Positions 15,056 to 24,882 of a DNA stretch of 64,000 nt are shown in pieces. The position numbers and the translations under genes are program-made. Every line of letters begins with the position of its first letter. Position 1 is the first letter of the stretch. Source of the stretch: Oceanispirochaeta sp. (GTDB lineage: Bacteria > Spirochaetota > Spirochaetia > DSM-2461); assembly GCA_963663385.2 (NCBI GenBank), contig CAXXXD010000002.1:1632001-1696000 (forward strand), written 5' to 3'. The notes beneath the pieces were generated by a model that worked only from the letters and a program-made list of their open reading frames with translations, was not told where the DNA came from and did not search any database.

Positions 15056-16336
15056 ATGAAAAAAAGGAAATCAGTATTTCTGGTAATGCTGGCGGCCCTG
15101 ATAGGACTGACCGGCTGTTCCAAAACGGAAGTAGCCGATGCAAAGGCAGAGAGCGGCAGGATTGAGGGCGATCTGATCGTCTGGAGCTGGGATGTCGCTC
15201 TGGCTCACCTGCAGGAGGTGTCGCCGGCATTCCAGGAACAGTATCCCGATGTTAAATTTAACTTTGAGGAAATGGGAACAACCCAGATCTACAGTAAGAT
15301 GACCACCTCGCTGGCTTCCGGGATCGGTTTGCCGGATATTGTTTCTCTGGAAGGGGAACAGATGACTAAATTCGGAACCAAATTCCCTGATAAATTCATG
15401 GATCTCACTAACCAGATAGATACAGCCATGTTTCTGCCTGTCAAAATCGGAGAATGTACTTCTTCCGGAAAAATCATAGCCTATCCATGGGATGCCGGCC
15501 CCTGCGGTCTTTACTATCGTGCCGATATTTTCGAGGAAGCCGGTATTGATGCTCAGAAAATAAAAACCTGGGATGATTTTATCGATGCCGGAAAGGTTCT
15601 GAAACAGAAAACCGGGGTAGCGATGATGCCCCTGGCTACTTCACGAAAGGATACGTTTTACAGGCTGTTGATGATGCAGCTCGGAACCTTCTATTTTGAT
15701 GAAACCGGTAAAACACAGGTAAACTCTCCCGAATCCATTCAAGCCATGGAAATGGTCAAGAAAATATATGACGCGGGAATCACTATAAACGACGGAAGCT
15801 GGGATGATTACGTCATATCCATCAAGGAAGGTCTGGTCGCTACAGTTCCCGAAGCCGTCTGGCTGATTGGAACAATCAAGGATGCAGCTCCGGATACAGC
15901 CGGAAAGTGGAGGGTTATGCCTTTGCCGGGATTTGATGAGACCAGCAGAAACGGGTCCTCAAACGGAGGATCTGTTCTGGCAATCCCCGCCGTAACCAAA
16001 CATCCGGAAGCCGCCGCTGCCTTTGCCCAATTCGCCATGACTGATAAAGCCGGATTGGTACAGGGTTTTAAAAATTACGGTCTGTACCCATCTTATATTC
16101 CTGTTTACAGCGAAGATATCTTTCAGCAGGGAGATGATTTTTTCGGAGGACAGAAAATTTACAGTGTTTTCAATGAAATTGGAAAAAGCATCCCCGCAGT
16201 AAATTACACCGAAAATTTTGCCGAAACCCTGGACCTTTCCAAAAATGCTGTGGCCAAGGTACTCCTGAAAGGGGCTGAAGTAACCTCAACCATGAACAAT
16301 CTTCAGGATGAGCTGAAAGCCAAATTCGGAAAATAG
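15056..16336 (+). CDS. Sugar ABC transporter substrate-binding lipoprotein
   Basis: Lipobox LTGC, IVWSW, GLPDIV, LYYRADIFEEAGID, NGGSVLAI; GGAGG RBS before MKKRK. Confidence 0.9.
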   Translation: MKKRKSVFLVMLAALIGLTGCSKTEVADAKAESGRIEGDLIVWSWDVALAHLQEVSPAFQEQYPDVKFNFEEMGTTQIYSKMTTSLASGIGLPDIVSLEGEQMTKFGTKFPDKFMDLTNQIDTAMFLPVKIGECTSSGKIIAYPWDAGPCGLYYRADIFEEAGIDAQKIKTWDDFIDAGKVLKQKTGVAMMPLATSRKDTFYRLLMMQLGTFYFDETGKTQVNSPESIQAMEMVKKIYDAGITINDGSWDDYVISIKEGLVATVPEAVWLIGTIKDAAPDTAGKWRVMPLPGFDETSRNGSSNGGSVLAIPAVTKHPEAAAAFAQFAMTDKAGLVQGFKNYGLYPSYIPVYSEDIFQQGDDFFGGQKIYSVFNEIGKSIPAVNYTENFAETLDLSKNAVAKVLLKGAEVTSTMNNLQDELKAKFGK

Positions 16337-16362
16337 ACATCCGGTTTCCAAATGAATACTGA

Positions 16363-16392
16363 GCGGACTGTTTAACCACAGTCCGTTTTTTT
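16363..16392 (+). terminator. Rho-independent terminator-like hairpin after the SBP gene
   Basis: GCGGACTGT-ttaacc-ACAGTCCGT followed by a T run. Confidence 0.7.
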
Positions 16393-16405
16393 AAAGAGGA
16401 TATAA

Positions 16406-17785
16406 TTGAAAGAAACAAAGCGGATCCGGAAAGAGATCCTTATACTTATCCTGCCTATTATTCTGGAAAACATACTTCAGATTTCCGCAGGGATTATTTC
16501 AACAGCAATGATCGGCCGCCTGACATCAGCCGATGTCTCAGGTCAGGGGATCTGCCTACGCCTTACCGATACGCTCTGGTGTCTTTACAAGGGGATCAGT
16601 ATTGGGGCAACTGTCCTGGTCGCCAGGGCTTATGGAGAGAAGAACTACAATAAAGGAAGATACATTATAACTCAGACATTCTTAACTGCCGTTCCTCTGT
16701 CATTGATCTTCGCTCTTATCCTGACCTTATATCCTCTCACTTTCCTGCATTTCTTTACAGAGAATCCTCTCATCCTCGGACAGGCTCTGAAGTTTATGAG
16801 AATTATTGTCTTCGGTTTTCCGTTTGTCATATCAATGCAGATCGTTACAGCAGCCTTCCAGGGACATGGCGATACAAAGACGCCGATGTTCATAGCTCTG
16901 CTGGTTAATATTATCAATATAGGTTTAGGACGTGTGTTTATCTTCGGCTTATGGGGAATTCCCTCACTGGGGATCAGCGGGGCAGCATTGTCTCTTGTCA
17001 TATCGCAGGGAAGCGGAGCTTTAACAGGTATTTATCTGCTTTATAGAAAGAAAGGTCTTCTGTACCGGAAAGAAAAAACCTTAAAAATGGCACAGCCTGA
17101 CAGTCGGATTATCAGAGAAATTTACCATATAGGTCTGCCTGCATCCTTTGAAAGCATGTTCTGGCAGTTTTCGGCTATCATTCTCAGTAAAATCATCCTT
17201 TCCTACGGGGATATGCCCTTTGCGGCCTACCAGCTGGGAATCCAGGCTGAGACAATTACAGAGATGCCCGCAATAGGGTTCGGAATCGCGGCAACCACCC
17301 TGACCGGTAAAGCAATAGGCATGCAGAATCCCGAACTCGGAAGGCGCTATTTCAAACAACTTATTCGGCTGTCCCTATCGATAAGTATTGTAACCTCCTT
17401 TCTACTGATCTTTTTCCCCGGAGGATTTATGAATCTGATGACGGACAAACCGGAGTTGAAGGACATCGGGATACTCTATGTGTTTATCATGGGCTTTATT
17501 CAAATACCTCAAAATCTCTCACGGATCTACAATGGTGTTATTCGGGCCGTCGGTTTTCCCCGTATCCCCATGTACGTTGCCGGCATTGGAATCTGGGGAT
17601 TCAGGATACCATTTGCTTTCCTTACAGCCTATGTATTTCATTGGGATATCCTATTGATATGGTTATGCATTGCCCTGGATCAGGCTATACGATACATTCT
17701 CAGTGTTTTTATATATAAAAAAAAGGGGATATTTCAATTGGAACTTTGTAAAACTGAAAAGCTGGTAGAAGGACATGCCGTATGA
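16406..17785 (+). CDS. MATE family efflux transporter
   Basis: 12-TM pattern, QGHGDTKTPM, LGISGAALS motifs. Confidence 0.9.
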   Translation: MKETKRIRKEILILILPIILENILQISAGIISTAMIGRLTSADVSGQGICLRLTDTLWCLYKGISIGATVLVARAYGEKNYNKGRYIITQTFLTAVPLSLIFALILTLYPLTFLHFFTENPLILGQALKFMRIIVFGFPFVISMQIVTAAFQGHGDTKTPMFIALLVNIINIGLGRVFIFGLWGIPSLGISGAALSLVISQGSGALTGIYLLYRKKGLLYRKEKTLKMAQPDSRIIREIYHIGLPASFESMFWQFSAIILSKIILSYGDMPFAAYQLGIQAETITEMPAIGFGIAATTLTGKAIGMQNPELGRRYFKQLIRLSLSISIVTSFLLIFFPGGFMNLMTDKPELKDIGILYVFIMGFIQIPQNLSRIYNGVIRAVGFPRIPMYVAGIGIWGFRIPFAFLTAYVFHWDILLIWLCIALDQAIRYILSVFIYKKKGIFQLELCKTEKLVEGHAV

Positions 17786-18711
17786 ATAGCCGGAATAAAG
17801 GGTCTATTTTTGCGGATTTATCACTAATTATCGTTGCGGCCATCTGGGGATCAGGATTTATTGCCACCCAATATGCGATCGACAGCCAGATGAGTGCAAG
17901 TCTGATTATGGTTCTTCGATTTACAATTGCCTCTCTTGCAATAGGCGGATTTTTTTATAAAGCAGTCCGGACCATTACCTATCGTGAAATAGTGATAGGT
18001 TTACCGGCAGGCGTTCTGCTTTTCCTGGCCTTTTTTGCTCAGACTATCGGGCTTGAATATACGACTCCGTCGAATAATGCCTTCATAACCTCTACAAATG
18101 TTATTATGGTACCGTTTATTTCCTGGATGCTCCTGAAAAAAGCACCGCAGTTGAAGTCCTTTATTCTGGCGACGGTCTGTTTAGCTGGTATCGCCCTGTT
18201 AACCTGGGTTCCCGGGAAGGGGATCAGTTTTAATACGGGAGATCTGCTGACCCTGTTTTGCGCTCTTCTTTTTGCCGGGCATATTTCCTATCTGGATCTG
18301 GCTTCCAAGAAAATATCAGCTTCTAAATTAACCTTTCTTCAGATGATAACGGCGGCAGTTTTATCCTTTTTCTCTCTGATTCTATTTGATCTGAATTCCA
18401 TCAGCCAGGCAGATTTATCCACGGGGCTTATCCCGACTCTCTATCTTGGTTTTTTCAGCACATGCCTCTGTTTTCTTATACAAACCTCCGCACAAAAGAA
18501 AACTACCTCAACCAAGGCTGCTTTATTTTTATCCACAGAGAGTCTATTCGGGAGTTCTTTTTCAGTGGCCCTTGGTTTGGAGCCTCTTACACATGCAATG
18601 ATTCTGGGAGGAGCGTTAATTATGTCTGCTATTCTCTTTTCAGAAATAAAAATCAAGAAAAAATGGCGAAAAGGCCAGTCTGATTTCAGTATGAACGAAA
18701 ATGGAACTTAA
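17782..18711 (+). CDS. DMT/EamA family transporter
   Basis: IWGSGF, GLEYTTPSNNAFIT, GDLLTL; two EamA repeats. Confidence 0.9.
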   Translation: MNSRNKGSIFADLSLIIVAAIWGSGFIATQYAIDSQMSASLIMVLRFTIASLAIGGFFYKAVRTITYREIVIGLPAGVLLFLAFFAQTIGLEYTTPSNNAFITSTNVIMVPFISWMLLKKAPQLKSFILATVCLAGIALLTWVPGKGISFNTGDLLTLFCALLFAGHISYLDLASKKISASKLTFLQMITAAVLSFFSLILFDLNSISQADLSTGLIPTLYLGFFSTCLCFLIQTSAQKKTTSTKAALFLSTESLFGSSFSVALGLEPLTHAMILGGALIMSAILFSEIKIKKKWRKGQSDFSMNENGT

Positions 18712-18880
18712 CAGGGTAAGGGCAGGTCATAGCTTTGCAAAATACGACTTATTCAATCTAATCTGATCTGCCTGATTTCCGATGTCAGAAATCAGGCCAG
18801 CCTGTCTTCCTGGAACCTGAGCTATACAACAGAGCCCTATTTCTGAACTATCCTTTCTAATAGATACTACTGCTTCTTTT

Positions 18881-19840
18881 GTAAGCGGTAATTCTTCCCA
18901 CATTGACAGCATTTTAGGCCTGAGGGATCAGATTGAAATATCTTCAGCAGTTAAGTTGTAGGGAAGTAATTTTTCATAATCACTCTGTTTTTCACAGCAG
19001 GGCAATTCCCGGAAGATGAAGTACAAGTAAGCATAAACAGGAAGATTATTCATCTTCGCAGAGTCAACAAGGCTGTACAGAATTGCCGATGATTCAGCAC
19101 CTTTCGGGCTCCCGGCAAAAAGCCAGTTTTTTCTTCCGATTACAAATGGTCTGATTGCATTTTCAGCGCTATTGTTCGAAGGAGTCAATACCGGATTTTC
19201 CAGATACAAAACCAGCTGCTCCCAGTTGATTAATGTGTACTTCATCGCCTTTCCGAACTCTAAAGAGGGAGGGACTTGAGGATAAAGGAGGGTCAGTTTT
19301 TTCTGTAATTTATCCAGTATCGGTTCTGCCCTGTTTTTCCTCTGCTTGTAAAAACCTTTTAGCGAATAATTCATCCCGTAGAGATTCCAGTTCAAATAGG
19401 TCCTTTATCAGGTCGAGAATTTGCTTCGCTTCTGCATCCTTTTTCTTGGTTGCTTCCCAGTATTGGAAGAACTTTCTTCTGGCATGAGCCCAGCATAAAA
19501 CATGTTTTATATCTCCCTCGACTTTCTTTCGAGCGGTACGATATGCCTCAAAATCATCGGTCTGAATCCAGCCTGAAAAATCTTCTAAAAACTCCAAAGG
19601 GATCGTATGGGACCGACCTTGTTCGTACTGGAATATGACACATTTTTTATCAGGATCTCTTCTAAGAAAGACCCACATCCATGATTTATCAGCAGTTTTT
19701 CGCTTCGGCTCTTTTAACACCTGAACCCTTGTCTCATCAGCATTGATGACATTGCCGGATTTGATGTTTTCTTTCAGCAATTCATATAGTGGCTTACAGG
19801 CTGTTGCTGACTTAATCGTAAGATTGCTCAATGTCGCCCG
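18881..19840 (-). pseudogene. tnpC: Truncated, frameshifted IS66-family element (3' part of tnpC plus terminal IR), a diverged relative of the two complete copies
   Basis: Terminal GTAAGCGGTAATTCTTCCC at 18881; ORFs 19310-19831 and 18928-19395 are two frames of one TnpC (ADET, CWAHARRKF, NNSAENAIRP). Confidence 0.88.
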
Positions 19841-19863
19841 GATGCTCGCCCATGCATCCGGGA

Positions 19864-20013
19864 ATTGGTCAATATAAAATATCTCTGGTGTAAAGCTCAG
19901 GGATATGTTTGATCAAATCAGGATTTAGTTTGCTCCATGGAGTGAACCGCTCCGTGCGGACCCGCTTGCAGGGTGGTGTGGGGCCCGAGGTTAGAAGCCT
20001 CCGGCTACCCGAT
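19864..20013 (+). mobile_element. Degenerate 3' remnant of a group II intron (end of RT ORF plus domains V-VI)
   Basis: Encodes ...LVNIKYLWCKAQGYV*, then GAACCGC...CCGGCTACCCGAT as in the full copies. Confidence 0.85.
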
Positions 20014-20023
20014 TTCTGCAGTC

Positions 20024-20527
20024 TTATTTTTTATTGTCTAACCTCATAATTATAGATGTCCCTGCCGCACCACATTCAATAAAACCATTTCTTTCATATA
20101 ATCTAACTGCAGGATTATCCGGATCAACGCTTAATGAAATTGAATCTATTTTATATTTTGTTTGATTTAATAATTCTTTTAATAATGCTGATCCAATTTT
20201 CTGCCCACGCTTGTGGTAATCGACTGCAATTCCGAGTTCTGGTATATTATCAGCTATGTATCCATATCCTTTATCGCTGGAAGTGAAGTAACGTAGCCAA
20301 ATTGCTCCTATTCTTTTTTTTGTTTTATTATCAATAGCAATGTATCCAAAATCTCCTTTTTTACCCCAATTCTCAACATATTTACGAATTTTGGGATCTT
20401 TGATTATATCACGATCCGGAGGAGGGGAATTTGTATCAACATATATTGATTGGTAGAGCATTTCATATAGAAAATCCTGATCATTGACACCTATTTTTCT
20501 TAATAAAAAATTATTTTCATTTCCCAT
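20024..20527 (-). CDS. GNAT N-acetyltransferase (integron cassette gene)
   Basis: Motif A (IAVDYHKRGQKIGSALL), SLSVDPDNPAVRLYERNGF; bounded by an R' candidate (ACATAAC, 20843-20849) and the intron remnant at 20013. Confidence 0.88.
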   Translation of the reverse strand: MGNENNFLLRKIGVNDQDFLYEMLYQSIYVDTNSPPPDRDIIKDPKIRKYVENWGKKGDFGYIAIDNKTKKRIGAIWLRYFTSSDKGYGYIADNIPELGIAVDYHKRGQKIGSALLKELLNQTKYKIDSISLSVDPDNPAVRLYERNGFIECGAAGTSIIMRLDNKK

Positions 20528-20849
20528 ACATTTATTCCTTGATTTAAATATTTAATATTATTGAATTATTTCATTACGGTGTAAATATAAAAAATATGTA
20601 TAACTTTTTTATATAAAACCTAATAAATAATTTCAGTTATGATAAAATACTTACCTACACAATATTCTCAGTTCCAAGTTTCTTTATTTACCACCGGAGG
20701 TTAAATCCATAACCAAATATTTCTTTGCATACTTTCCAATTCTATTTTCTATGGCACATAATTTTTTCCCATCCGCCGCAGGCGGATTAATATATTCTGA
20801 TTTTGAAAAACAATTCACTAATCATAATAAATATCCCGCCTTACATAAC

Positions 20850-21250
20850 GAGACTGTAGAAAAACTCAAACTGGGTATTTTCAAGGCTCCCCTGAAAGTA
20901 CTCATTTGGAAAAATCATTCATCTCTTTGATTTCAATATTAAATCCGATTAAAACCGGCTATATTCAACTACAATTGGTTTATCCTACGCTATACCCATT
21001 CTTTAGCACTTTTCCGTATTCCTACGCACTATACTGCTGGATTTTCCCGATATTATGCACGATACAGTACAACAACCACTGTGTCCGGACCTTTTCCGTA
21101 CCCCGTAAAGTAAAGCGATTCAGCTTTTTCATTCCGGCAATATGTCCGAATACAGGTCCCACCGTATACCGACCGTCATTGCTTCTGAAGTCGGGGGATT
21201 TCAGCCACATGTCATGACCGGCAGGGTAGATAAGCTGGTTGGTTGCCGTA
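20850..21250 (-). pseudogene. IS1182-family transposase remnant with terminal IR
   Basis: C-terminal DDE_Tnp_1_6-like motif (VGPVFGHI...RFTLRGTEKVRTQWLLYCIVHNIGK); end sequence GAGACTGTAGAAAAAC at 20850. Confidence 0.7.
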
Positions 21251-21332
21251 TCCATGGAGTGAACCGCTCCGTGCGGACCCGCATGCTCATTTGATGTGGG
21301 GGTTGGAGGTTAAAAGCCTCCGGCTACCCGAT
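21251..21332 (+). mobile_element. Degenerate group II intron domain V-VI remnant
   Basis: TCCATGGAGTGAACCGC...GCCTCCGGCTACCCGAT with mutated DV stem. Confidence 0.85.
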
Positions 21333-21351
21333 TTACGCAGACTTTTTAATT

Positions 21352-21627
21352 CTATTTATATGCTTCATCATGGGACCCAATACTTATGGGAATTATAGTT
21401 TCATCTTGGATCAGGAATTCGATTGTTATTCGGTATGAAATATTAATAGATATACTATATAGTTCTGATAAATTCCCTTTTAACTGATGTAAGCGTAGAG
21501 ATGGGTGATTAGGATTTATTTCCATTAGCTGTAAAGTCTTAGAATACTGTCTTTTTATCTCTGGGTGTTTTTTTAAAAATTTTGCAGCTTTTTTTTCATA
21601 ACTATGTGTAAATATGATTTTAGGCAT
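21352..21627 (-). CDS. Type II TA toxin, RelE/ParE (YafQ/YoeB-like) superfamily
   Basis: 91 aa; NPNHPSLRLHQLKG, SISINISYRI, IGSHDEAY; overlaps the upstream antitoxin. Confidence 0.88.
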   Translation of the reverse strand: MPKIIFTHSYEKKAAKFLKKHPEIKRQYSKTLQLMEINPNHPSLRLHQLKGNLSELYSISINISYRITIEFLIQDETIIPISIGSHDEAYK

Positions 21628-21877
21628 CAGTTATTCTTTCTATATGGTCTTCAATACTCCCGGTATAATAATTTCCTTCTTGTATATCTTTTTTTGCTTC
21701 AACTAATGCGGCTTCAAGTTCACATTCTCTTAAGCGGTTGTATTCATCAATAGAAAGAACAATATATTTAATTTTACCTCTGACAGTTATAACTGCTTCA
21801 TTCTCCTCAGAGATCACTTGATCCAGAACTGAGACACCTTTAATTTTCAAATCATTGGCTGTTATACTATTAAACAT
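21620..21877 (-). CDS. Type II TA antitoxin, Phd/YefM family
   Basis: ITANDLK, AVITVRGKIKYIVLSIDEY; acidic C-terminus. Confidence 0.88.
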   Translation of the reverse strand: MFNSITANDLKIKGVSVLDQVISEENEAVITVRGKIKYIVLSIDEYNRLRECELEAALVEAKKDIQEGNYYTGSIEDHIERITDA

Positions 21878-21895
21878 TTTTTTACCTCATTATCA

Positions 21896-21924
21896 ATAGT
21901 ACGATTAATTGTGCTCTAAATCAA
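21896..21924 (-). promoter_or_regulatory. Sigma70 promoter of the TA cassette
   Basis: TTGATT-17 bp-TACTAT on the minus strand, just inside a GTTATAG core-site candidate (21927-21933); an imperfect AGCAC...GTACT palindrome overlaps it. Confidence 0.65.
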
Positions 21925-22409
21925 TTCTATAACAGTTGAATTATTATGTATTTTCTAAGAAAGGGTAACCTCGCAAATTATCTTGGACCAATCTCTTATG
22001 AACCTATCTAACTGACAAAGATCATTTCACAAAACAGTTGAATCAGTTTTCTCATCCTCCGAACATAAAAAAAGGAGCAACTCCCCGCCAAGGTTTCTGC
22101 TCCTTAAATCTCACTCCCTCCCCAAAAGGAGGAAACTTAACTGTTACTTCTTTTTCGGATATCTTTACAAAAATTTCAAGCCCTTGGAAAAGATTTTTTC
22201 TGGAATAAACCAAATCATTGTCCAAAATGCGGAAGCCGGGTACTCTGGGGCCATGGTTTTGTTTACCGCTACTTCAATGAATTTCCGGAAGCCCTTCTTC
22301 TCAAACGATACCGTTGTCCCTGCTGCGGAGCAGTGTACCAATAGAAATATCTGACTAGGCGATCCTGGGGCTGGTCGCAAACAAGTTTGCTGCTCGCCCA
22401 TGCAACCAG

Positions 22410-22906
22410 GGTGTTTCTATGGAATACAGGATCCGGAAACTCAATGAGTATATCCGGGCCCTGGTCACAGCTCCGCTGTTGCTCGGGTATGCGGCCGAGC
22501 TGGATGAACTATTATGGAATCTCCCAGTATTACAGCCCTCTTCAGAACCTAGATGATTGGCTCCGCAGGAGGATTCGCATGTGCTATTGGAAACAATGGC
22601 GTTATCCCAGAACAAAAGTCAGGAAACTGATGGAATTGGGTATCCCTAAAGATTTTGCAATTATTACAGGTGCCAGTAGTAAATCCTACTGGCATCTCTC
22701 CAAGTCATACGCTACCAATGCGGCGATGTCCAACAAATGGCTGGAAGAGCAAGGATTGGTCAATATCAAATACCTCTGGTGCAAAGCCCAGGGATATGTT
22801 TGATCAAATCAGGATTTTAGTTTGCTCCATGGAGTGAACCGCCCTGTGCGGACCCGCATGCAGGGTGGTGTGGGGGCTGGAGGTTAAAAGCCTCCGGCTA
22901 CCCGAT
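22410..22906 (+). mobile_element. Degenerate 3' remnant of a second, diverged group II intron variant
   Basis: Domain X peptide WMNYYGISQYYSPLQNLDDWLRRRIRMCYWKQWR...KAQGYV* differs from the main copies; DV-DVI intact, ends CCCGAT at 22906; ~40-bp foreign insertion near 22460. Confidence 0.88.
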
Positions 22907-23495
22907 TTATGAAGGAGTTTTTTAATTATATCTAACTCCAAATATTTGTTCTGTACTTTACATTGTTTTCAAAAGTCCAACCACTTCAGTTACACGCGTG
23001 GAATGTCTGGAGGAAGCCGGAATGCAAAACCGGGAGCCCATGTACAAGAATGTGATAGAAGGCTCAGTTCCAGAGGCGAGTCAGCCAATGATGACGATGC
23101 CCCGTGGGTATGGAATAGGGTAAATCACAGGGTTGTCCGGGGACAGTGTACAGTCTTATTCGGGGAGATCTGTCTGCGGGGCGGTGATGTGTTCTTTTAA
23201 ACTGAGAATCCGGTAGGGAACCGGAAAACCAATCCCCGGCTTTTCAGAGGGTGACACTCTGGAAATGAGCAAGATTATCTTGAGTACAAATAAGTCGTCA
23301 CAGGTTTAAAAGCACGGTATAGCATCAACGGGAGCAATCTCGTTGATTAGCAGGCAGAAGTCAGCAGAAGGCATAGTAACCAACGCCCGGAGTAATGTCC
23401 GGTTCACGGTGAAGGCCTGAACATTTCACAAGGAGGAGCCTTATGGTTCTCAAAGGAACAATTTTAGCACTGGCCGAAATAACTTTTGGCGAATT

Positions 23496-24523
23496 ATGGA
23501 GAAACCAGCCTTGAACGATTCTATGATGGATTTGATTTTATCATCTGAAAACATGCGTAAGGCCTGGAAACAGGTCAAACGCAATGGCGGCAGTCCGGGA
23601 GTCAATGGCATGACTATTGAGAAATTTCCGGAATATCTACGCAGAAGATGGAGTAAAATCAAGCAAGCTTTGCTTTTGGGGTACTATGTACCCTCTCCGG
23701 TGCTCAGGGTGGAAATCCCCAAGAGATCCGGAGGTATGCGAATGCTGGGTATTCCCACTATTTTAGACAGGGTTATCCAACAGGCTATTTCACAGGTTTT
23801 GAATCCTCTATTCGATTCGGATTTTTCGGAAAGCAGTTTTGGATTCAGGCCGGGAAGATCGGCTCACGGAGCAGTACGACAGGTAAATACCTATGTTAAA
23901 TCGGGATACAAGTATGCAGTTGATCTGGACTTGGAAAAGTTCTTTGATACGGTAAATCACGATATTCTGATGCATTGTGTGGCTAAGAAAGTCCGGGACA
24001 AATCAGTCCTGAAATTGATTGGCCGCTACCTGAGAGCCGGTATTATGGACAAGGATGGGATTAAAATCCCTACTGAAATCGGGACTCCTCAAGGAGGCCC
24101 GTTATCACCTCTACTTTCCAATATCCTTCTTGATAATTTCGATAAGGAGTTGGAACGGAGAAACCTGTGCTTTGCACGTTACGCAGATGATGCATTAATT
24201 GTATCAAAACGCCTGTGTGATGGAAAAGCTATATTGACTGAAATAAGTGATTATCTCAGTCGCAGGTTAAAATTGGTTGTAAACCAGAAGAAAAGCAAGG
24301 TGTGTAAAATCTCCGAATGCAGTTTTCTGGGATTCACTTTCAAGGGTAAGAAAATCCGATGGACTGAATCATCCTTTCGGGAGTTTCAATATCAGTTAAA
24401 GCATTTGACAAGACGGTCTTGGGGGGTATCAATGGAATATCGATTCCGGAAACTTAACGAGTATATCCGGGGGTGGATGAACTATTATGGTATTTCCCAA
24501 TATTACAGACCTCTACAATCAAT
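23496..24523 (+). pseudogene. ltrA: Group II intron reverse transcriptase/maturase, interrupted by IS66 (remainder 28865-29125)
   Basis: RT motifs LGIPTILDR, DLDLEKFFD, GTPQGGPLSP, RYADD; cut in domain X. Confidence 0.92.
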
Positions 24524-24585
24524 GTAAGCGGTAATTCTCTCCATCTTGCGTGATTTCGAAATGATTATATACTCCATGAAAAATC

Positions 24586-24882
24586 ATGGAGGAACCTAAT
24601 ATGACCAACTGGAATTGGCCTGAATTAATCGAAGAACAAAAACAGAGCGGGAAAACAATTTCTGAGTTCTGCGCAGATAAAGGAGTTCACTATACATCTT
24701 TCTACAAGAATCGAAAAAAATTAAAGAAAAGCAGTTTTATTGAAATCAAACAGAAAGCCCCGGTATTACAGCCACAAAACCCCACAATGATACTCAGATA
24801 CAAGGATTTCTCATTGGATCTGGCATCAGGTTATAACAGGCAATCCCTGATAGATCTTCTGAAGATTCTGAGAGAGTTGTAA
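24586..24882 (+). CDS. tnpA: IS66 accessory protein TnpA
   Basis: 98 aa; W..LIEEQKQSGKTISEFC HTH; first ORF inside the IS66 IR. Confidence 0.88.
   Translation: MEEPNMTNWNWPELIEEQKQSGKTISEFCADKGVHYTSFYKNRKKLKKSSFIEIKQKAPVLQPQNPTMILRYKDFSLDLASGYNRQSLIDLLKILREL

Noticed and set aside
22070..22360. Short minus-strand ORF fragment followed by a GGAGCA...TGCTCC-T7 hairpin; possible type I TA or riboswitch
   Set aside because: It looks like the 3' end of a truncated gene with a terminator; there is no supportable family assignment
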